Shown here piece after piece: positions 17,351 through 23,472 of a DNA stretch of 33,471 bases. The notes under the pieces are model-generated. The model was not told the DNA's origin, made no database searches, and saw only the letters and a list, made by a program, of their open reading frames with translations. The stretch's first letter is position 1. Each line of letters starts with the position of its first letter. Source of the DNA: an uncultured Dehalococcoidia bacterium (lineage in GTDB: Bacteria > Chloroflexota > Dehalococcoidia > UBA2247 > RBG-13-53-26). The stretch is taken from NCBI GenBank assembly GCA_964624525.1, contig CAZUZX010000002.1, positions 1-33,471 of the forward strand. The letters run 5' to 3'. The position numbers were made by a program, and so were the translations under genes.

Positions 17351-17494
17351 ATGGCAAATCAATTAGGTAAAAGGTACCGCTGCGAAGTTTGTAACACTGA
17401 AGTATTATGCACCAAAGCCAGCGAGGGTAGTATTAGTTGCTGTGGTAAGGAAATGGTTGAGCAACAACCCAGACCACTACCCTCATCGGACTAA
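17351..17494 (+). CDS. Desulforedoxin-like small Cys-rich protein, 47 aa, tandem paralogue (not in the supplied ORF track)
   Basis: Hand translation: MANQLGKRYRCEVCNTEVLCTKASEGSISCCGKEMVEQQPRPLPSSD*. It shares the MANQxGKRY start and the CxxC...CCG..M spacing with the first gene. Confidence 0.6.
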   Translation: MANQLGKRYRCEVCNTEVLCTKASEGSISCCGKEMVEQQPRPLPSSD

Positions 17495-17553
17495 ATATTA
17501 GTCACCAAGCTTTGATTCTTCTTAACCAGCTTCGAAGATGGCGTGGAGAATAA

Positions 17554-17844
17554 TTATTTCTTTTTCAAAGTTTTGATAAAATCATCCACGCTCATTGCAG
17601 CCATGGTCATAGTCTGAAGAGTTCCCCTGGAGCCTAATTCCACAGCTACCCTAGCTACAACCTCACTATTTGGTGCCTCAAGGATATTTACGAAATCATA
17701 AGGACCCATAAGAACATACTGTGCCAGTACCTTTACCCCCATAGCCTCAACTTCCTTATTGACCTCCTTTATCCTCTCCGGGTTCCCCTTCACTGTCTTT
17801 CGACCTTCATCTGTCAAGTTGGTGAGCATTATAAAGATAGCCAT
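17554..17844 (-). CDS. GYD-domain protein
   Basis: 96 aa. MAIFIMLTNLTDEG....NPERI......E..G.KV...Y...GPYDFVNI.EAP is the GYD-family pattern. Confidence 0.8.
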   Translation of the reverse strand: MAIFIMLTNLTDEGRKTVKGNPERIKEVNKEVEAMGVKVLAQYVLMGPYDFVNILEAPNSEVVARVAVELGSRGTLQTMTMAAMSVDDFIKTLKKK

Positions 17845-17874
17845 CTTTCCACCTCCTCTAAAATTATGGCGAGC

Positions 17875-17903
17875 ATTATATCTGACTTAGATGCCCAAGT
17901 CAA
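17875..17903 (-). promoter_or_regulatory. Near-consensus promoter for the GYD gene
   Basis: On the minus strand: TTGACT (17898-17903), a 17-nt spacer, then TATAAT (17875-17880). SD GAGGAGG precedes the ATG at 17844. Confidence 0.5.
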
Positions 17904-17939
17904 GTTCCCGCACTAGCGGGTATCTAGTAATCCCGGCAT

Positions 17940-18047
17940 GTCATTGCGAGCGAAGCGAAGCAATCCCATACTGCTCAGGACATGCTCCGCAAAGCAATTT
18001 CCTATAATTCTTGTAGATTGCTTCGTCACTGCGCTCCTCGCAATGAC
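17940..18047. repeat. MITE-like hairpin element with 11-bp terminal inverted repeats gtcattgcgag / ctcgcaatgac
   Basis: The termini are perfect reverse complements. The inner arms gcgaagcaatc / gattgcttcg also pair. The first ~55 nt are about 80% similar to the element at 33185-33295 (shared gctcaggacaNgctccg core). Confidence 0.8.
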
Positions 18048-18114
18048 ATGGACATGGTGACAATGGCAAGTCTGGTTTCAATCGCTATTTTGGGGACTAC
18101 TTCACCGCTCAGAG

Positions 18115-19260
18115 CTATATTCTTAGCTCGGAACGGAGCCGAATAAAGCGGAGCAGGTTTTCCCGCACTACTATTCCAATAACCCTCCCTTCCTTTACTA
18201 TCGGGATTTGACTTATACCATGCTCCTCCATCTGTTCCATTATGCTGAAGGCTTCTTCTTCAGGGTAGGCACTTACTACTTTCTCCGCTGGTATCATTAC
18301 TGCACTTACTGGAGTGGTAGCCCAGTGAGCCTGGGGCGCTGCCTTGATATTATCGGAGGTTATAATTCCTCTAAATCTTCCTTCCTCAACCACGACAAAG
18401 TAATGGCGACCGGTAGGTAACATATAATTTTGCACCAGTCCCATTAGGCTAAGGTTAGGGGGAACAGTAAGATAGTCGGTATTCATCACTGCCTGGGCAG
18501 TAAAACCGTGCAGGACTTCACGTAGCTCCACTTGGCGATAACTGGAGGTGGCAAGCATGTGCAAAAACCAGCCAGTAAAAGCAAATAAAATGCCATTGAA
18601 GATAAGTCCTCCATTTTCAGGGGAAGGATTAAGAAGTATCACAATTATCAGCCCAACTCCACCTCCCATCAACAGATAGGCAAAACCTTTCCCCGCTAGG
18701 GAAGCAATGCGGGTAGCCCTCTTGTAGTTTCCCATCCTCCACCAGAGAAGGGCACGCAGCACCCGCCCCCCGTCCAAAGGAAACCCAGGCACCAAATTGA
18801 ACAAAGCTAGTACCAAATTGATCCAGGCGAGCCAAAAAATCGGGTTCGGGTTATCAAGGTCGAATCCATTATCACCCCATAGCTGGTACCATATTCCGTA
18901 GAAAATGCCTGCCAATACCAAGCTCGAGAGAGGACCAGCTATTGCCATCACTAGTTCAGCAGCAGGATGTGTCGCCTCTCGAGTTATCCGGGCTATCCCA
19001 CCAAGAACGAACAGGGTGATACTTTTTACCGGAATCCCATTCTTGATAGCTACCAAGCTATGGGCTAATTCATGAGCGACTACCGAGGCGAAAAAGAGGA
19101 GGCTGGTGATTACTCCGATGGTTATCCTCATCCAAAGAGGGTTTTCCGCACCAAAGCTAAAAGAAAGGATGAGAGTAATCAGAGCAAAGATGATGAACCA
19201 GGTCCAATGTAGGTTAATAGTAATGCCCAGAACTCTGCCTAAACGAAGAGAGCTGTTCAT
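18115..19260 (-). CDS. Site-2-protease-family (M50) zinc metalloprotease with C-terminal CBS pair
   Basis: HELAHSL (HExxH) sits in a TM segment, with multiple TM helices and NLVPGFPLDGGR. The C-terminal tandem CBS-like region includes VMNTDYLTV... and ISQIPIV.EGRVIGIV. The start is set at ATG 19260 (MNSSLRLGRVLGI). The track's longer start at 19308 lies inside the repeat at 19304-19364. Confidence 0.8.
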   Translation of the reverse strand: MNSSLRLGRVLGITINLHWTWFIIFALITLILSFSFGAENPLWMRITIGVITSLLFFASVVAHELAHSLVAIKNGIPVKSITLFVLGGIARITREATHPAAELVMAIAGPLSSLVLAGIFYGIWYQLWGDNGFDLDNPNPIFWLAWINLVLALFNLVPGFPLDGGRVLRALLWWRMGNYKRATRIASLAGKGFAYLLMGGGVGLIIVILLNPSPENGGLIFNGILFAFTGWFLHMLATSSYRQVELREVLHGFTAQAVMNTDYLTVPPNLSLMGLVQNYMLPTGRHYFVVVEEGRFRGIITSDNIKAAPQAHWATTPVSAVMIPAEKVVSAYPEEEAFSIMEQMEEHGISQIPIVKEGRVIGIVVRENLLRFIRLRSELRI

Positions 19261-19303
19261 CTTTCCTTTCCTACCATAGAGGCTATTTAACCACACCCCT
19301 CTT

Positions 19304-19364
19304 GTCATTCTGACCCCGATTTATCGGGGAAGAATCTAGACCCTTCGCTATCACTCAGGGTGAC
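19304..19364. repeat. Short palindromic repeat (gtcattctgacc...gaagaatctagacccttc...cagggtgac)
   Basis: It shares the 18-nt string gaagaatctagacccttc with 13003-13020. It shares the gtcattctgacc start with 33155-33166. It contains the hairpin ccccgat-ttatcgggg. Confidence 0.7.
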
Positions 19365-19422
19365 AAGATAAGCAACCTAACGCTATATCCATTTTACAAG
19401 TAAGTAGATAGCTGCCTAGCAA

Positions 19423-20259
19423 TTAAAATTCACCTCGCATTAGTTTTTGATAGAGACTCTGCGGCAAAAAAGCATGATGGTGAATATCCTCCGTATAATA
19501 CCTGGTAGATACCTGGCATTTGCGGAGCACTTTTCTCGGATTATGCACCTTTGAGGCAATAGAGAAAGTCCACCAATTGCCGGCATAAGTTGCCAAAGGA
19601 ACGGTATATAAATCCACCAGCTTGAATATTTGTGCCAGCCTATGCTGCACATCACGGGCAAACAGGCGGTGGAAATGAAGTGACTCAGTTTGGGCGACGA
19701 ATATACCCTCTGCTTTCAAAGCTGAAAAAGCATGGGTGAAGAATTGGCTGGTAAACAGGGATTCAGCCGGACCGACAGGGTCTGTCGAGTCAACGATAAT
19801 CAAATCAAATTTCTCCTTTGTTTGAGCCAGGAAGCTTGCCCCATCTATCTCTACAATATCGGTTCTGGAATCAGTGAAACCCGTTGCCAGAGAAGGGAAA
19901 AACTCTTTACAGGCTTCGATAACCTCTCTATCCAGTTCTACTACCAAGGCTTTTTCCACTACTTTATGCTTCAGCACCTCACGCAAGGTACCACCATCCC
20001 CACCCCCGATAATTAGAACATTGGTTGGTGAAGGGTGAGCGTGCAATGCTACCTGAGCAAGCATTTCATGATAGAAATACTCATCCCATTCCGTGAGCTG
20101 AACTACACCATTGAGAGTCAGCACCTTGCCAAAATAGGGGTTCCTAAATATTACCAGATTATAGTGCTTGGTTTGGCGCGAGCAAAGTATTTCCTCTATC
20201 TCATAGCCATAGCTGATCGGTGCAAAGGGATCCTTTTCTTGGAAGAATAAGTGGGACAT
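19423..20259 (-). CDS. speE: Spermidine synthase (polyamine aminopropyltransferase)
   Basis: Motifs LNGVVQLTE.DE..YHEM, VLIIGGGDGG..REVLKH and DLIIVDSTDPVGPA. Confidence 0.9.
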   Translation of the reverse strand: MSHLFFQEKDPFAPISYGYEIEEILCSRQTKHYNLVIFRNPYFGKVLTLNGVVQLTEWDEYFYHEMLAQVALHAHPSPTNVLIIGGGDGGTLREVLKHKVVEKALVVELDREVIEACKEFFPSLATGFTDSRTDIVEIDGASFLAQTKEKFDLIIVDSTDPVGPAESLFTSQFFTHAFSALKAEGIFVAQTESLHFHRLFARDVQHRLAQIFKLVDLYTVPLATYAGNWWTFSIASKVHNPRKVLRKCQVSTRYYTEDIHHHAFLPQSLYQKLMRGEF

Positions 20260-20272
20260 AGATAACCTCTAT

Positions 20273-21442
20273 TTATATAAAGTGTACTTTAGGAATAAGG
20301 AAGCCGTCGAACTGGGAAGCATAGGCAGTGGTATAAGCGCCAGCGGACTTTATATACACCTTATCTCCCACCTCTAACTCCGGGAGTTCTGCTTCAGTTG
20401 AGATGATGTCAAAACTATCGCAGGAAGGTCCGGCTAATACCCATTTGCTGGTTTTACTGCCCTTTTTAGTCACCATTGGGTATTTAATGCCACCCACAGT
20501 TTCCATCAAGCCATTAAATACGCCAACATCTAAATAAAGCCATTTTTCTTCATTTCGAGCTGCCTTGGCGATGACTGTAGCCACCAAGGTGCCCGCTTCC
20601 CCTACCAGAGCCCTTCCTGGTGCGACTACCAGCTCTATATCTTTTGGAAAGTTTTCGGCTAGGGAGTCTCTGATTACCTGGGCAATCTCGGCAATAGAAG
20701 GCACTGATTTTATATATTTAATCGGGAAGCCGCCGCCAATATTTAATAGGTGTAACTCTATACCTTTGCTTCTAGCCAATTCCCAAACCACTCTGCTCTT
20801 CTCAATCGCTTTCGCCCAGGTGGTAGCTTTGGCGCATTGCGAGCCAACATGAAAAGCAATACCATAAGGCTGAAGTCCTTTCTCTTTAGCTTGCACTAAT
20901 AGTTCAGCCGCCTCTTCCGTTTCCACACCGAATTTCTTACTTAGCGGCCATTCACTACCTTCGTTAGATACAGAAAGACGCACATAGACCTTACTACCAG
21001 GGGCAAATCTCGATAGCTTTTCTATCTCTGACTCGGAATCGAAAGCAAACAGGTTTATTCCCTTAGAGTAAGCAGAGTTGATGAAAACCTGGTCTTTGAC
21101 CGGATTGCTGGATATAATCTTCTGCGGTGAGATACCCAATCGGAGCAGGAGTTCCAGCTCCCCTTGGGATGAAATCTCGAAACCACAACCGAGCTCATGC
21201 AGAAGCTCTACAATGCCGGGGTGCGGATTGGCTTTGAGCGCATAGTAGATTTTAGCCCCAGCGAATTGGTGGCAGAACTCCTGGTATTTCTCTTTTATCG
21301 CTCTCTTGTCTATGATAAGAGCTGGTGTCCCCCCAGCCCCTGGGATTTTTCCCATAGCTTTTGGCGAAGGCGAATTCAGGTCATTAATATGCAACCTCAA
21401 TGTTAAACTCCTTGTAAGCCTACTTCTAATAGAGAATCTCAC
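20273..21442 (-). CDS. PLP-dependent Orn/Lys/Arg/DAP decarboxylase family 2 enzyme (probable ornithine or lysine decarboxylase)
   Basis: Motifs YALKANP, HVGSQ, GGGF and SCDS. It is adjacent to speE. The start is uncertain: GTG at 21442 or ATG at 21355 (MGKIPGAGG...). Confidence 0.8.
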   Translation of the reverse strand: MRFSIRSRLTRSLTLRLHINDLNSPSPKAMGKIPGAGGTPALIIDKRAIKEKYQEFCHQFAGAKIYYALKANPHPGIVELLHELGCGFEISSQGELELLLRLGISPQKIISSNPVKDQVFINSAYSKGINLFAFDSESEIEKLSRFAPGSKVYVRLSVSNEGSEWPLSKKFGVETEEAAELLVQAKEKGLQPYGIAFHVGSQCAKATTWAKAIEKSRVVWELARSKGIELHLLNIGGGFPIKYIKSVPSIAEIAQVIRDSLAENFPKDIELVVAPGRALVGEAGTLVATVIAKAARNEEKWLYLDVGVFNGLMETVGGIKYPMVTKKGSKTSKWVLAGPSCDSFDIISTEAELPELEVGDKVYIKSAGAYTTAYASQFDGFLIPKVHFI

Positions 21443-21487
21443 TAAAGGTTAAAGCATTTGGGGCGAAGTCGAACGGCTCAAGCACCT

Positions 21488-21700
21488 TTAGCAATCGTCA
21501 GCCCAAAGAATGTCATCTAACCGAAGGGCTATATCACTTCCTGGATGTGAGAATCTATCTCCAGTATTTGGAATATGTCCAACGCATCCCCAATCTAAAT
21601 CTATCTTTTTACCACCGTCATAGAAGTAGTAGTAATGATTTCCCTCATCATCAACCTCGTGATAAACTGTAACGCTACTATTGTTTCTCAGCTTCCTCAT
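21488..21700 (-). CDS. Hypothetical acidic 70-aa protein, last gene of the four-gene cassette
   Basis: The ATG overlaps the stop of the 343-aa ORF (ATGA). By hand count it has 13 D/E versus 7 K/R. It carries the aromatic run HYYYFYDGG. No motif recognised. Confidence 0.55.
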   Translation of the reverse strand: MRKLRNNSSVTVYHEVDDEGNHYYYFYDGGKKIDLDWGCVGHIPNTGDRFSHPGSDIALRLDDILWADDC

Positions 21701-22728
21701 ATGCTCACCTTCTCGAACAAGATATCGTTATTTTTGACCTCATACTTAATAAATATAATCCCTCTGTCGCTAAAATCGCTGTTTTTTGCTTTAGTTATTG
21801 CTTCCTCATTAAAATCAAAGGCAATCAAAATTGGCTGAACTGTTTCAATTTCACTACCAGCAAGTCTTCCTGCTACCCATTTGGAGTAATTAATGACTTG
21901 AGAAACATTTTCACCATTTGCTGCATCTCTTTTTAATTCCACGATACTGAATTTATATCTTAAAGGTAGATCCGTATACCTCATATTCTTATGATAACAG
22001 AGGATATCTATATTTTTCCTCGTTACATGATAGGGGACATTATTTGCAAACCATTCCAAATCCTCGACAGGGCCAAAAATCTCCCTTAAATCAACCCTTT
22101 TAGGGTTATCAATGTTTTTAATTAACCAAGCTCTCAATATGTCTTCTAAATATGCTTTGCCATCCTGATCCAGTGGCAACATGATTTTAATCTTACTTTT
22201 TGAAGGGTATGGTTTAATTTGAGCGGGCTTGTTAATAGCGCTTCCATTTATTTTGACAAGAAGCTCCATCAATGCCTCGGCAGCTTCGGGGTTTATTGTA
22301 TTAATGCCCCTTGCTCCTTGGATTTTCCTATAAAACCATCCCCAGAATTTTGCTTCATATTCTTTTGTAGAAAACAGATAATCTTCGGGAACTGGCTTGG
22401 CAAAGTAATTTAGACATTCAATCTCTAGTCTTATTGGCCAAGTTTCATCCACACATTCTATTGGCGTGGGGTCAAAAAATGGTTCACTAGAAACCCTGAA
22501 TACACCGTGAAATCCTCTTTGCCTTTCATACAAAAAAGCTATATCTCCCACCCGTGTCCCCCAAATATCTCCAAGCATTGCAAAGTAAGGTTTTCTTGGA
22601 TTTTTCAGGTTTTCCTCAATTAAAGCTTCTAAGGAGTTAGGTATCCCCTTTACCCCCACTCCCCAAAAACTATTATCCCTAACAGTAGGGAAAGTTCTTT
22701 CGTCTGTAATAAAAACGTGGGCTCTCAT
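21697..22728 (-). CDS. Fusion protein: N-terminal PUA-like (EVE/ASCH-like) domain + C-terminal NucS/DUF91-like PD-(D/E)xK nuclease domain (predicted)
   Basis: The N-terminal ~130 aa follows the EVE/ASCH beta-barrel pattern (FWGVGVKG......GDIAFLYERQRGFHGVFRVSSEPFFDPTP...WPIRLEIE). The C-terminus (NIDILCYHK....YKFSIVELKRDAANGENVSQVINYSKWV) follows the D...ExK...Q..Y signature of NucS-like nucleases. Spot GC counts are low. Confidence 0.6.
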   Translation of the reverse strand: MRAHVFITDERTFPTVRDNSFWGVGVKGIPNSLEALIEENLKNPRKPYFAMLGDIWGTRVGDIAFLYERQRGFHGVFRVSSEPFFDPTPIECVDETWPIRLEIECLNYFAKPVPEDYLFSTKEYEAKFWGWFYRKIQGARGINTINPEAAEALMELLVKINGSAINKPAQIKPYPSKSKIKIMLPLDQDGKAYLEDILRAWLIKNIDNPKRVDLREIFGPVEDLEWFANNVPYHVTRKNIDILCYHKNMRYTDLPLRYKFSIVELKRDAANGENVSQVINYSKWVAGRLAGSEIETVQPILIAFDFNEEAITKAKNSDFSDRGIIFIKYEVKNNDILFEKVSI

Positions 22729-22729
22729 T

Positions 22730-22957
22730 TCAATGCCTTGCGGTTTTGAAGGCCTCTTTCGCCTCTACCCACCATTTTTGAGGCAATCCTCTTGATGAAG
22801 CAAAGGGAATCACAAATTCCCCTTCGTTTTTATGATTGTAAACATCTAAATTGAAAATTCCATCTCCAATGAAATCATCAATATCAAACGTAAGCTTTAA
22901 TAGATATTCCTCTCCGTCGACTACGATAGATTTTTCAAGTTTCTTCATAGATTTCAC
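22730..22957 (-). CDS. Hypothetical 72-75-aa protein, second gene of the cassette
   Basis: The track start is GTG at 22957. ATG at 22948 is better, preceded by AAGGAG plus 8 nt (MKKLEKSIVV...). The start lies inside the 3' end of the MTase-like ORF. The stop is 1 nt from the ATG of the 343-aa ORF. Confidence 0.55.
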   Translation of the reverse strand: MKSMKKLEKSIVVDGEEYLLKLTFDIDDFIGDGIFNLDVYNHKNEGEFVIPFASSRGLPQKWWVEAKEAFKTARH

Positions 22958-23444
22958 TCCTTACCTCTGTTTTAACATTCCAAGGATTTGCTGCCTTATC
23001 AATAAGCTCTCGGCTTCTTTCTACCAGGGCTGGCACAAGCTCAACCCCTATGCCATTTCGTCCTAACCTTTTACACTCTATTAGCGTTGTGCCACTCCCC
23101 GAGAAGGTATCAAGCACAGTCTCTCCACGCTTGGTATAGCGCAGCATTGCTTGATGAGGAATCTGGGGGATAAAGTTTCCGTGCAATTCTGCGGTGTGGA
23201 CACTTGTTTTATCTCGGCTTCCCAGAAGCCATAGACTATCGGTCATTATCTCCTGATAATCTTTCCACCGATTAAGGTCAATATCATTAAGGAAGGAAAC
23301 CCGGGGATGTTCAGACTCTGGGATTTCTAAAACCTTCGGTGCTTCTTCTATGTCTAAGTAAATGTTTAGACCTAGCTGCTCGGAGATAAAGCCAGCTTCT
23401 TTGGATTGTGAAGGCTCGTATTCAGGAGTTTTCCTTTTAGCCAT
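22935..23444 (-). CDS. N6/N4 DNA-methyltransferase-like protein containing only the SAM-binding (motif I) half, with no (D/S/N)PP(Y/F/W) catalytic motif
   Basis: SLWLLGSRDKTSVHTAELHGNFIPQIPHQAMLRYTKRGETVLDTFSGSGTTLIECKRLGRNGIGVEL matches the C-terminal part of beta-class (PF01555-type) MTases (S.W......HPA.FP..L.....gd.VLDPF.GSGTT). The whole protein is 169 aa, and its first ~70 aa carry no PPY/PPF. Confidence 0.65.
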   Translation of the reverse strand: MAKRKTPEYEPSQSKEAGFISEQLGLNIYLDIEEAPKVLEIPESEHPRVSFLNDIDLNRWKDYQEIMTDSLWLLGSRDKTSVHTAELHGNFIPQIPHQAMLRYTKRGETVLDTFSGSGTTLIECKRLGRNGIGVELVPALVERSRELIDKAANPWNVKTEVRSEIYEET

Positions 23445-23472
23445 CTTCTAGTCGCCCTCTTTCTACTTTCTC

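Noticed and set aside
19261-19308. N-terminal 16-codon extension of the M50 protease (track start 19308)
   Set aside because: The upstream ATG is part of the gtcattctgacc repeat. The downstream ATG at 19260 gives the usual short cytoplasmic N-terminus (MNSSLRLGR) before the first TM helix.
21442-21491. 8-bp inverted repeat ctaaaggt ... acctttag flanking the gap between the cassette and the decarboxylase gene, considered as an insertion scar or att site
   Set aside because: It is too short to distinguish from chance. No matching repeat exists at the other cassette boundary (23445-23472), and no integrase or transposase is present.
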